From the NCBI GenBank assembly GCA_963662715.1, contig OY759724.1:1860001-1892000 (forward strand): a stretch of 32,000 bases of DNA, in the 5' to 3' direction. The DNA comes from Candidatus Omnitrophota bacterium (GTDB taxonomy: Bacteria; Omnitrophota; Gorgyraeia; Zapsychrales; JANLHA01). Shown here in pieces: positions 18,261 to 26,592 of the stretch. Each line of letters begins with the position of its first letter. Position 1 is the first letter of the stretch. The notes under the pieces were generated by a model. It saw only the letters and a list, made by a program, of their open reading frames with translations, was not told the DNA's origin and made no database searches. The translations under genes were made by a program, and so were the position numbers.

Positions 18261-18935
18261 ATGCGAATTCAATTGATAAAGCCAGTTGCTCTGACCGTTT
18301 TTATGCTGGGGATGACTGGGTGTGCGCCGACCGTTAGATCTGTAGATGCCCCGGTGACTATGGCGAAGAAAGGGCAAGGCGTTTATCATACGGTGCAGCG
18401 GGGGCAAACATTATGGCGTATTGCGCAGAATTATCAGGTCAGTATCGATGAAATTATAAGAATCAATAAAATTCCAGATGCCGCCCGTCTTGAGGAAGGG
18501 CAGCTGTTATTTATCCCCGGAGTTTCAGAGGTCAAGGCTGTACCCGCAAAAAAGACTGATCCGGATAAAAAGGAGTTTGCCTGGCCGGTCAAAGGACAGG
18601 TTGTCCATTATTTTAATCAACACAAGCAGGGGTTAAGCCATAAAGGGATAGCGATTAAAGTCCCTCCGGGAGAACCTGTTAAAGCTTCCCGGGAGGGACG
18701 CGTTGTTTTTGCGGATTATCTTTGCGGGTATACCTATACGCTTATTTTAGATCACCTGGACGGATTTCATTCCGTCTATTCCCTGAATTCCAAGATGCTG
18801 GTTAAAGTCGGGGATTATGTGTTTAAGGGGGATCAAATTGCTTTGGCGGGGTCTCAGGGCAGAGAAACATTGTTGTACTTTGAGATCAGAAAAAAAGGGC
18901 AAGCCAATAATCCTTTATATTATTTACCCAGATAA
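18261..18935 (+). CDS. LysM + degenerate M23/LytM-domain lipoprotein (NlpD-like)
   Basis: Lipobox LGMTGC. LysM domain (YHTVQRGQTLWRIAQNYQVSIDEIIRINKI). The M23 domain has HKGIAI instead of HxGxD and LLYFE instead of HLHFE. Confidence 0.85.
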   Translation: MRIQLIKPVALTVFMLGMTGCAPTVRSVDAPVTMAKKGQGVYHTVQRGQTLWRIAQNYQVSIDEIIRINKIPDAARLEEGQLLFIPGVSEVKAVPAKKTDPDKKEFAWPVKGQVVHYFNQHKQGLSHKGIAIKVPPGEPVKASREGRVVFADYLCGYTYTLILDHLDGFHSVYSLNSKMLVKVGDYVFKGDQIALAGSQGRETLLYFEIRKKGQANNPLYYLPR

Positions 18936-18947
18936 CGAGGGTGTCTT

Positions 18948-20585
18948 ATGAGTCGTTTTAATATTGATGGTTTTTTCGGACGGGAGGAAACCATTGATTT
19001 GTTGAAAAGACGTGTTCTTGATTTAAAAGAAGGGTATCGTCAGAATATCGCTTTTTTAGGAGGGCGTTACCTGGGGAAAAGCAGTATTCTGGAAAAGTTC
19101 ATCTCCGACCTGGATGATCCGCAGATCGTTTCGCTTTATTTGGATTTGGAAAACAAGGATTTTGAATATTTTTATTTTAAACTGGTCGGAGGGCTTCTTT
19201 ATCATTATTGCCGGTTAAATAAAAAGCCCGTGCATGACGATATCGGGCTTCTGCTGGAGGGGCTTAAAGCGGATTTGCCGGCGACAGCCAAAAGCATAAA
19301 AAGAATCCAATCCTTGCTTTCCCATCAGCGGTGGCAGGACGCTTATAACGACATTATCGCTTTGCCGCAGATCTTTACCAAGGAATCGAACCTGTTTTGC
19401 CTTATTGTGCTTGATGAATTTCACGCCATGGAAGAACTGGGGGCGGAAGCGGTTTTCAGTGAGCTGGGAAAATGTATTATGACACAGAAAAAGTGCCTGT
19501 ATGTCGTCACGAGTTCTTGTCCTGTCCTGGCCTCGAAAATTATTTCTGAGCGGCTTTCCCTGCTTTTTGGGAATTTCGAAATCGTTCCCGTTGACCCCTT
19601 CTCGGCGAAAACAAGCCGGGAATATATTAATTTCCTTCTTAAAGATATCAAGCTGAACGAAGATCTTAAAAGTTTTTTTATCGATTTTACCGGGGGCCAT
19701 CCTCTTTATCTTTATATCATCGGGACGGAGCTGATCACTCTGTCTCGTCTGCACGGCCAGACCGAGATATTCGCTCCTTTATTGATTCAGGCCATTGAAA
19801 ATGTCCTTTTTGATTCCTGGGGCGGGTTGAGCCGTCATTTTGAATTAACGATTAATGCGCTTTGCGAAGGGAAAGGGAACTGGATTTGTGCGGCTGTTCT
19901 TATGTCTTTGGCCAGGGAGAAACGCAAAGTCAATGAGCTGGCGGAACAGGTGGCTGTGAAGCAACGCCTTCTGGCTCCCAAGCTGAACCGGCTTATTGAG
20001 CAGAATTTCATATCGAGAAACGGGAAAGTTTTATATATTAAAGATAAATTGTTCGGGTATTGGCTTAATTTTGTCTCGCAGAAAAAGCTGAAGATTCTGC
20101 GGTTTGACCGGGACCGGCAGAGATCCGGTTTTAAGGAAGAACTCGGCCAGGCGATCCAGGAGTTTCATCATTGTTCCAAGAAGGATTTTCCGTCGCGGAT
20201 TATTGAACTGCTCTATTGTTTTGAAGACGAGGCTGTGCAGATTAATAACCGGAGGTATAAGCTGCCGCTTTTTCAGACGATCACCTCAACCAAGGCGCGT
20301 AAAGGACAGGGGAGGTATTACGATTTGATTAAAGCTTCAACCGAGGACGGGGACTGGTGCATTGTGCTGAACGGAGAACAGATGACGGAACAGGATATCA
20401 CGACGATATTAAAAGAATCCAAAAAGGTTGTCCAGAAACCGCAGAGAAGGATTCTGATTTCTCTCTGTTCCTTGGATGAAAACACGCGGGTGAAGGCTCT
20501 GCAGGAAAGCATGTGGATCTGGAGCGAGGAAGAATTGAACGTGCTTTTGAATTTTTATAACAAACCTTTTATTGTTTCTGCATGA
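18948..20585 (+). CDS. ATPase_2 ('archaeal ATPase')/STAND-like P-loop NTPase with a wHTH-like middle and an uncharacterised C-terminal domain
   Basis: FFGREETIDLL, Walker A-like GGRYLGKSS, Walker B LIVLDEFH, and TGGHPLYL (GxP motif). HTH-like segment KVNELAEQVAVKQRLLAPKLNRLIEQNFI. The C-terminal ~150 aa are reminiscent of DUF234. Confidence 0.7.
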   Translation: MSRFNIDGFFGREETIDLLKRRVLDLKEGYRQNIAFLGGRYLGKSSILEKFISDLDDPQIVSLYLDLENKDFEYFYFKLVGGLLYHYCRLNKKPVHDDIGLLLEGLKADLPATAKSIKRIQSLLSHQRWQDAYNDIIALPQIFTKESNLFCLIVLDEFHAMEELGAEAVFSELGKCIMTQKKCLYVVTSSCPVLASKIISERLSLLFGNFEIVPVDPFSAKTSREYINFLLKDIKLNEDLKSFFIDFTGGHPLYLYIIGTELITLSRLHGQTEIFAPLLIQAIENVLFDSWGGLSRHFELTINALCEGKGNWICAAVLMSLAREKRKVNELAEQVAVKQRLLAPKLNRLIEQNFISRNGKVLYIKDKLFGYWLNFVSQKKLKILRFDRDRQRSGFKEELGQAIQEFHHCSKKDFPSRIIELLYCFEDEAVQINNRRYKLPLFQTITSTKARKGQGRYYDLIKASTEDGDWCIVLNGEQMTEQDITTILKESKKVVQKPQRRILISLCSLDENTRVKALQESMWIWSEEELNVLLNFYNKPFIVSA

Positions 20586-21079
20586 ACGGTCAAGAAGTTA
20601 TAAAGATAGGCGTTGTCTCAGACACTCATGGGCGTCCTCTGCCCGAGCAGATGCTGGCGGACTTTAAGACGGTAGACCTTATCGTTCACGCCGGGGATTT
20701 GTGCTCCATCCGCGATCTGGAGACATTGTCCTGTATCAAGGAGGTCAAGGCGGTCTTCGGGAATATGGACGGGGAGGATATCCGCAGCCAGTTGCCGGAG
20801 GATGTCGTCTTCCGTTGCGGGAATTATTCTTTCGGTGTTTATCACGGGGGCGGGGCGCCTAAACAGCTGCTTGAAAAGGTGAGAGATCATTTCAAGAAAA
20901 AGAAGCTGGATGCCATTATCTTCGGGCATTCCCATGAGCCTATGAATGAGGTTGTAGACGGTATCTTATTTTTCAACCCCGGCAGTCCCAACGATCATTT
21001 CTGTGCTTCGTGTTGCACCTACGGGGTATTGGATATTTCTGAACAAGGGATTCAAGGCCGGATCATAAAAGTGAAATAA
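20582..21079 (+). CDS. YfcE/MJ0936-family metallophosphoesterase
   Basis: VVSDTHG, HAGD, GNMD, GHSH and NPGS. ATGA overlap with the upstream ATPase gene. Confidence 0.85.
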   Translation: MNGQEVIKIGVVSDTHGRPLPEQMLADFKTVDLIVHAGDLCSIRDLETLSCIKEVKAVFGNMDGEDIRSQLPEDVVFRCGNYSFGVYHGGGAPKQLLEKVRDHFKKKKLDAIIFGHSHEPMNEVVDGILFFNPGSPNDHFCASCCTYGVLDISEQGIQGRIIKVK

Positions 21080-21084
21080 AGTGA

Positions 21085-21594
21085 ATGGATAGATTGTGGG
21101 CTCCGTGGCGTTTGCAATATGTCACGGTTGAAATACATAAAAAGAGCGGCTGTGTTTTTTGCTCGATTCACAAGGAACGCAAGGATAGCAAGCACTTTAT
21201 CTTTGCGCGCTCCCTTTACAGTTATGCGGTCTTGAACCTGTACCCGTACAATAACGGCCACACGCTTATTCTTCCCTACAGACATGTGAATGACCTGGAT
21301 AAACTTCGTCCGGAAGAACGAATGGACTTTTATGATCTTATGTCGCACAGCAAAAAATTGCTTCAGATGGTCCTGAAGCCCGATGGATTTAATATCGGGA
21401 TGAATTTGGGGAAAGTGGCCGGGGCCGGCTTCCCGGGCCATCTCCATATGCATGTTGTCCCCCGGTGGAAAGGGGACGTGAATTTTATGCCCATCTTAAA
21501 CGGGACAAGGGTGATTTCTCAGTCGATGAAAGTCCTTTGCCGGCAACTGAGGGCCGCTGATGTCCAGATGAAAAAAGGTCCCCGGAAAAAATAG
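21085..21594 (+). CDS. HIT-family nucleotide hydrolase/transferase (Ap4A phosphorylase-like)
   Basis: LWAPWRLQYV, CVFC, NLYPYNNGHTLILP and the histidine triad GHLHMHVVPR. Confidence 0.85.
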   Translation: MDRLWAPWRLQYVTVEIHKKSGCVFCSIHKERKDSKHFIFARSLYSYAVLNLYPYNNGHTLILPYRHVNDLDKLRPEERMDFYDLMSHSKKLLQMVLKPDGFNIGMNLGKVAGAGFPGHLHMHVVPRWKGDVNFMPILNGTRVISQSMKVLCRQLRAADVQMKKGPRKK

Positions 21595-21619
21595 TCTGTC
21601 TTGACAATGTGAGGCGTGC

Positions 21620-22786
21620 ATGCGAACCAGATGCGATATTGAAGAATTTGAGGTTAAAAACCTAGCCCCGTATGCCATGAAAAGCCGGGAGTCGTCCGGG
21701 AGAATTTACCAGGAACCCCAGCACGATATCCGGACCTGCTACCAGCGCGACCGGGACCGTGTTGTGCATTGCGCGGCTTTTCGTAAGCTGGAATACAAAA
21801 CGCAGGTTTTTATCGTTACGGAAGGGGATTATTACCGGACCCGTCTGACCCATTCGATTGAGGTTGCCCAGATCGGCCGGACGATCGGGCGCAGCCTGAA
21901 GTTAAATGAGGATTTGATTGAGGCGATCGCTTTGGCCCATGATCTGGGACACCCTCCTTTCGGGCATGCCGGTGAGGAAGCTCTCAATAAAATCATGCGG
22001 GATGCGAAGCTGGGCGGATTTAATCACAACCGGCACAGTTTTGAGATCGTGCATCAATATGAAAAACGCTATTTGGATTTTGACGGCCTTAATCTTTCCC
22101 GGGAGGTTCTGGTGGGTATCTTAAAACACCGCAGCCTTTATGATGTCCCGGTCCCGGGAGCCAAAGGGATCAGGGAAGGGACGACGGTCGAGGCCGAGGT
22201 GGTGGACGTCGCAGACTCTCTGGCGTATTTAAATCATGATGTGGATGACGGCCTGACGTCCGGGTGTATCCAGGAGGAAGACCTGATGTCGAGCCGGCTG
22301 TGGCAGAGGGCCTTGCAGAATATCCGCAGGTTTTCTCCCCGGCTGAACAGGGAGCTTCTTAAGAATCAGGTGGTGAAGCAGCTGATTGACCTGCAGATCA
22401 AGGACCTTCTGCAGACAACGGATCAGCGGCTGAAAAAACTCCGGTTGAAGTCTGTACAGCAAGTTAAGAAATATCAAGGGACCATCGTCGGGTTCAGCCC
22501 GACCATGGAAGAGGAACGGGACTATCTGCAGGCGTTGTTGAACAAGAAATTGTACCATCATTACCGTGTGCTCAGAATGACGAACAAGGCTAAAAGAATC
22601 CTGAATGACCTCTTTGATGTCTATGTTAACGATCCGAATCAACTGCCCTATAACATATACTCGCGGGACAAGAAGTATTCCAAGAAAGAAAAGTATCAGG
22701 CCATTTGTCATTATATCGCTTCCATGACGGACCATTTTGCCCTGGAAGAGCACAAAAAATTATTTAACCCTTACACGAAAGTGTAA
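21620..22786 (+). CDS. dgt: dGTPase-like deoxynucleoside triphosphate triphosphohydrolase (HD domain)
   Basis: YQRDRDRVVHCAAFRKLEYKTQVF, RTRLTHSIEVAQIGR and HDLGHPPFGH..E. Confidence 0.9.
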   Translation: MRTRCDIEEFEVKNLAPYAMKSRESSGRIYQEPQHDIRTCYQRDRDRVVHCAAFRKLEYKTQVFIVTEGDYYRTRLTHSIEVAQIGRTIGRSLKLNEDLIEAIALAHDLGHPPFGHAGEEALNKIMRDAKLGGFNHNRHSFEIVHQYEKRYLDFDGLNLSREVLVGILKHRSLYDVPVPGAKGIREGTTVEAEVVDVADSLAYLNHDVDDGLTSGCIQEEDLMSSRLWQRALQNIRRFSPRLNRELLKNQVVKQLIDLQIKDLLQTTDQRLKKLRLKSVQQVKKYQGTIVGFSPTMEEERDYLQALLNKKLYHHYRVLRMTNKAKRILNDLFDVYVNDPNQLPYNIYSRDKKYSKKEKYQAICHYIASMTDHFALEEHKKLFNPYTKV

Positions 22787-22808
22787 CCGTTCTGAGATAA
22801 GGAATCGC

Positions 22809-23903
22809 ATGGCACAGAAGAGACTCGGATTTTTTAAAAATCAATACACCATTAGTCCGCAGGAACGCTATAAGCGTATTCTCATGGCCGTTCATATGGT
22901 GTACCGCCTGGTAAATTCCACCTATAATGTCAAGGAGCTTTCTCTTCGGTTAACGAGGCTGCTGTGCCAGTTTGTCCGCGGGAAGTCGGCCAGAGTTATT
23001 ATCCTGGACCCGGACAAGAAGAAAATTGTCCTGGTGGCTATCTTTGACAATAAAATCAATATTTTAATCGATAAAAAGAAGGACCTGCAGAAAATCCCTT
23101 TGAAGGAAATTAAGGTCACGGAAGGTTATGCGATTTACGAGCAACGGCTGTTGGGGCTGCCCATGGTGGCCGATGAAAATGTCGGTGCTATTTTTATCCG
23201 GCGGGGCCGTAATGAACCCTGCTTTACCGAATTTGACCGGGAAATGCTTTCGGTCTTCGCGGAACAGTCTGTCACAGCCATAAAGAATCTGCAGCTTTAT
23301 GAACAGCAGCAAAAAATTATTCTGGGCAGCATTAAGCTCATTGACAAGCTTCTGGAAAAACAAGGCCGCCGGGCCGGCCCGCATACGCCCGTGTATTTTT
23401 ATATCGCCAAATCTATTGCGGAAGGATTGAACATCGGCCAGGAAGGCATCGACTGTCTTTTTTACGCGAGTGTCCTTCACGATGCCGGAGCGATTGATGT
23501 CCCTTATGATATTCTCTCGAAGAACAGCCAACTGACGCCGGACGAATTTAAAATCATCCGGGAACTTCCCAATAAGAGCGCCGAGCTTATCCGGCCGGTA
23601 GAATTTTTGGGCCCTGTCCTGCCGCTGGTGCTTTATCATCATGAGAAATATGACGGGACGGGATACCCTTCCGGCCTGAAAAAAGAACAGATCCCAATCG
23701 GTGCGAGAATCATGGCTGTGGTCGACGCCTTTGAAGCCATGGTGCGCGGGCGTCCCTACCGGAAGAATTTAACGATCCCCGAAGCCGTTAAGGAGATCCA
23801 GTTGCATAGCGGGACACAGTTTGACCCCAGGGTCGTTGATGTGTTTTGCGGTCTTTATAAACAAAAAAATTTCAGAAATTACTTGAGACGCATTAAAAGA
23901 TAA
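22809..23903 (+). CDS. GAF-domain HD-GYP phosphodiesterase (c-di-GMP)
   Basis: GAF-like N-terminus (LGLPMVADENVGAIFI......F.EFDREMLSVFAEQSVTAIKNLQLYE). HD-GYP core (LHDAGAIDVP, HHEKYDGTGYPSGL). ATG at 22809; the ORF-track start at 22737 overlaps dgt. Confidence 0.85.
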   Translation: MAQKRLGFFKNQYTISPQERYKRILMAVHMVYRLVNSTYNVKELSLRLTRLLCQFVRGKSARVIILDPDKKKIVLVAIFDNKINILIDKKKDLQKIPLKEIKVTEGYAIYEQRLLGLPMVADENVGAIFIRRGRNEPCFTEFDREMLSVFAEQSVTAIKNLQLYEQQQKIILGSIKLIDKLLEKQGRRAGPHTPVYFYIAKSIAEGLNIGQEGIDCLFYASVLHDAGAIDVPYDILSKNSQLTPDEFKIIRELPNKSAELIRPVEFLGPVLPLVLYHHEKYDGTGYPSGLKKEQIPIGARIMAVVDAFEAMVRGRPYRKNLTIPEAVKEIQLHSGTQFDPRVVDVFCGLYKQKNFRNYLRRIKR

Positions 23904-24012
23904 ACTTATAATAAGCTGTATCTTTGTTGCGTCTAAGATTCTCCGTGTTTTTTCCAGGGGGAAGAACATTCATATCCAGAATCTCTGCCGATATCTTAAG
24001 GAAGGCTTCTTG

Positions 24013-24636
24013 ATGAAAAAACCAACACAGATTGAATTGTTCCCGGGATCTTCTCGGGAACAAGTTCCTCATACCCCGTCATCTTGTCTTAAGGGAAACC
24101 TGACAGTCTCTTTCGAGAGCATCGTTGTTTTGACTATTGCTGTCGTTATTGTTATGATTGTCTCCTTTTCCTTGGGCATAGAAAAGGGCAAGAGGCTTAG
24201 TCAGGCCGCTGAAAGACCGGTCAGAGAGGTAGCGGTGATAGCGCCCCGGTCGACGGCTGTTCCGCAGCCGGAGGAACGGCCGCAGGCTTCTAACTATCAA
24301 GTTGCCAATAAGATAGAACAAATTGTGCCTTTGTCGGTTGCCGTAATTCCGGAGCAGAAAACGATTGAGACTTCTGACGCTCAAGTTGCCGTTGAAGAGG
24401 TGCCGGAAAAAACTGTTGACAAGTTCTATACTATTCAGGTAGCATCTTTCAAAAAAAGGAAATTTGCCCAGGAGGAGGCGATGGCGTTAAAAGACAAAGG
24501 GTATGATATCATGGTTGTCCCCAAGGGGAAATATTCTATTGTTTGTGTCGGCAAGTTTTCCTTAAAAGAAGATGCGAAAATCGTTTCGCAGGAATTAAAG
24601 AAGAAATACAAAGACTGTTTAATAAGGAGATTGTAA
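24013..24636 (+). CDS. SPOR-domain membrane protein
   Basis: TM segment (IVVLTIAVVIVMIVSF). C-terminal FYTIQVASFKKRKFAQEEAMALKDKGYDIMVV..GKYSIVCVGKF....A matches the SPOR fold pattern. Confidence 0.8.
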   Translation: MKKPTQIELFPGSSREQVPHTPSSCLKGNLTVSFESIVVLTIAVVIVMIVSFSLGIEKGKRLSQAAERPVREVAVIAPRSTAVPQPEERPQASNYQVANKIEQIVPLSVAVIPEQKTIETSDAQVAVEEVPEKTVDKFYTIQVASFKKRKFAQEEAMALKDKGYDIMVVPKGKYSIVCVGKFSLKEDAKIVSQELKKKYKDCLIRRL

Positions 24637-24638
24637 CA

Positions 24639-24851
24639 ATGTCACTACATCCATCATTGCGAGTTGATACGGCCGGAGCTCAGCAGCGTACAGTTTTGAC
24701 CCGTATTGAAAGAATCAAAGACTTGATGAAAAAGAATCTTTGGCAGGAAGGTCAGGACGTCACGTGTTTGCCCAAGACCAAAATCGTTAAAGTTAAAGCC
24801 AAAAAGACGAAAGTTAAGAAAGAAGAAGGAAGTGAAACAGCCAAAAAGTAA
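24639..24851 (+). CDS. Small basic protein (70 aa; resembles the PVC-group 'small basic protein' family, TIGR04137 from memory)
   Basis: MSLHPSLRVDTAGAQQRTVLTRIERIKDLMKKNLWQEGQDVTCLPKTKIVKVKAKK.... AAGGAGA lies 8 nt upstream of the ATG at 24639. Confidence 0.6.
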   Translation: MSLHPSLRVDTAGAQQRTVLTRIERIKDLMKKNLWQEGQDVTCLPKTKIVKVKAKKTKVKKEEGSETAKK

Positions 24852-25767
24852 CGCCCGCTCCATTCCCTGTTTCTCCTTTTGCTTGTTTGCTATTCGAACA
24901 AGCTTTCTGTCGGCACTCTTTTTATTCTTATCCCTTGCGGGAGGCTTCGGAACGCTGTTGGGGGAGCCTCTTTTTTTATGTGCGGAAGAATCTCAGATAT
25001 ACCCATTTGTCGGTGAGGTTACGGCACAAAACTATTTGAATATTCGGGCGGGGCAGAGCACGAGTTTTGAAAAGGTGGGAAAGTTGCTGAGTGGAGAGAA
25101 GGTCGTTGTTGTTGACCAGGATTATAGCTGGTATAAGATTAAACTCCCGGAGAATGCCGACAGTTATGTCAGTGCACAATTTATCAAAGTTCTGGGGGAA
25201 GGCATTGCCGAAGTTCAGGGGGGGCGTGTCAATATCCGGGCTCGGGGGCAGATAGGAGCCTCTATTTTAGGCCAGATTGAAAAAGGCGTGCTGATCCGGG
25301 TCCTGGAAGAGCCGGAACCGGAGGCGGAGTGGCATAAGATTGAACCGGTTGATGAGAGTTACGGTTGGGTCTCGGTGGACTTTATCAAGCGTACGGACAT
25401 GGCTGTGCCTCCCCCAAGAGTGGTCCAGTTGCCCACGAGAAATATTTATGTTAAAAAGCAACTGGCAGAGCAAAAAGAGCAAGCGGAGGCCGCTCAAGCC
25501 CAGGCGGAGGCTGCCCGGCGAGAAGAAAAGAATAAAAATTTGATTTCGCTGCGGGGAATTATTGTTGATGTCAATCAAACGTCTCTTTCGTCTGATATCC
25601 GCCATCGAATCGTGTTAGAAAATAATGAATCCTATTATTTAAAAGGATATCGGCGTTTATTTGATATTTTCCTCCACAATAAAGTGAACGTCGAAGGGGT
25701 TCTCCTTCCTGATGCGGACGCTTCGATCCCTGTTCTTTTCGTCAGTAAAATCAGCTATGTGCTTTAA
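24832..25767 (+). CDS. Secreted/anchored protein with two bacterial SH3 (SH3b) domains and a coiled-coil
   Basis: Hydrophobic signal/anchor (FLSALFLFLSLAGGFG). Two SH3_3-like repeats (NYLNIRAGQS...WYKIKLP....YVSAQFI and GRVNIRARGQ...WHKIEPV...GWVSVDFI). Start uncertain: GTG at 24832 overlaps the upstream gene, and TTG at 24883 is the alternative. Confidence 0.7.
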   Translation: MKQPKSNARSIPCFSFCLFAIRTSFLSALFLFLSLAGGFGTLLGEPLFLCAEESQIYPFVGEVTAQNYLNIRAGQSTSFEKVGKLLSGEKVVVVDQDYSWYKIKLPENADSYVSAQFIKVLGEGIAEVQGGRVNIRARGQIGASILGQIEKGVLIRVLEEPEPEAEWHKIEPVDESYGWVSVDFIKRTDMAVPPPRVVQLPTRNIYVKKQLAEQKEQAEAAQAQAEAARREEKNKNLISLRGIIVDVNQTSLSSDIRHRIVLENNESYYLKGYRRLFDIFLHNKVNVEGVLLPDADASIPVLFVSKISYVL

Positions 25768-25805
25768 TGCCTTTTGAGGTCTCTATCCTCTGATCTCCCT
25801 GTCCT

Positions 25806-26420
25806 ATGGATGAATTTATACCGGTCGTTACAGTTTTGTTTGTTTCTGTGGTTTTTCATGAAGTCGCGCATGGATGGGTGGCCTACCTTTTGGGCGATTC
25901 CACCGCTTATCGGTCCGGCCGGTTGACTTTAAATCCTTTGAAACACATTGATCCCGTCGGAACGCTGCTGGTCCCGACGGTCTTGAAATTGATGGGGCTT
26001 CCCCCTTTCGGGTGGGCCAAACCGGTTCCCATTAATTTTCTTAATTTCAAGAGGCCGCAGAAGGATATGATCTGGGTGGCGTTGGCCGGGCCGTTGACGA
26101 ATGTGATACTTGCTCTTTCTGCCAGCACCTTTTTACGTTTATGGCCTTTGCCTTTGGGGTTCGGAAGGGATCTGTTGACCATCATTGTTTTTCTGAATCT
26201 TTTATTAGCCATCTTCAACCTTATCCCGATTCCGCCTCTGGACGGCTCGCGCATTGTTATGGGGCTATTGCCGATGTCTCTAGTCAGGAAGTACGCCCAG
26301 ATAGAACCGATAGGATTATTCCTTGTCTTTGCCGCTTTGTTGCTGGGCTTGTTGGACGTCCTGGGCTCGGTGGTCTTATTTTTGTGCAAAATGCTGGGGC
26401 TGCATATCATCAGGCTGTAA
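25806..26420 (+). CDS. Site-2 protease family (M50) membrane metalloprotease
   Basis: HEVAHG (HExxH), multiple TM segments, and NLIPIPPLDGSRI. Confidence 0.85.
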   Translation: MDEFIPVVTVLFVSVVFHEVAHGWVAYLLGDSTAYRSGRLTLNPLKHIDPVGTLLVPTVLKLMGLPPFGWAKPVPINFLNFKRPQKDMIWVALAGPLTNVILALSASTFLRLWPLPLGFGRDLLTIIVFLNLLLAIFNLIPIPPLDGSRIVMGLLPMSLVRKYAQIEPIGLFLVFAALLLGLLDVLGSVVLFLCKMLGLHIIRL

Positions 26421-26592
26421 CACGTCTCTTTATCCCGGGGTTGCGCGGTATCGGGGAATGAATGCCAAGACCCGATTGAGAAATGCGCTTTGTGACATGC
26501 CGGGAAGAAGTCCGCTTGTCGTTTTTCGGGCGGCGTGGAGACGTTCAGGGGATTATTAAGATTAATAAGAATGGAAATATGAGGAGGACGTC

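Noticed and set aside
21620-22786. dGTPase-like gene as a stand-alone anti-phage dNTP-depletion system.
   Set aside because: Its sequence motifs and size match the widespread housekeeping Dgt-like family, and no mobile-element context is present. I kept it only as part of a low-confidence neighbourhood observation.
24941-24977. Terminator-like hairpin (GAGGCT/AGCCTC, 18-nt loop) followed by T7, downstream of the small basic protein gene.
   Set aside because: It lies inside the hydrophobic signal-anchor coding region of the SH3b ORF, and no in-frame start lies downstream before the first SH3 domain. The stem is short and the loop is large, so it is likely a coincidence of Leu/Phe codons.
26421-26592. 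172-nt spacer upstream of aroB with a long-range 7-bp complement (ACGTCTC 26422-26428 / GAGACGT 26538-26544) and a 33-codon Arg-rich ORF.
   Set aside because: The pairing is short and isolated, I recognise no known riboswitch class, and the ORF lacks an RBS. It is worth including in an Rfam scan but cannot be supported by eye.
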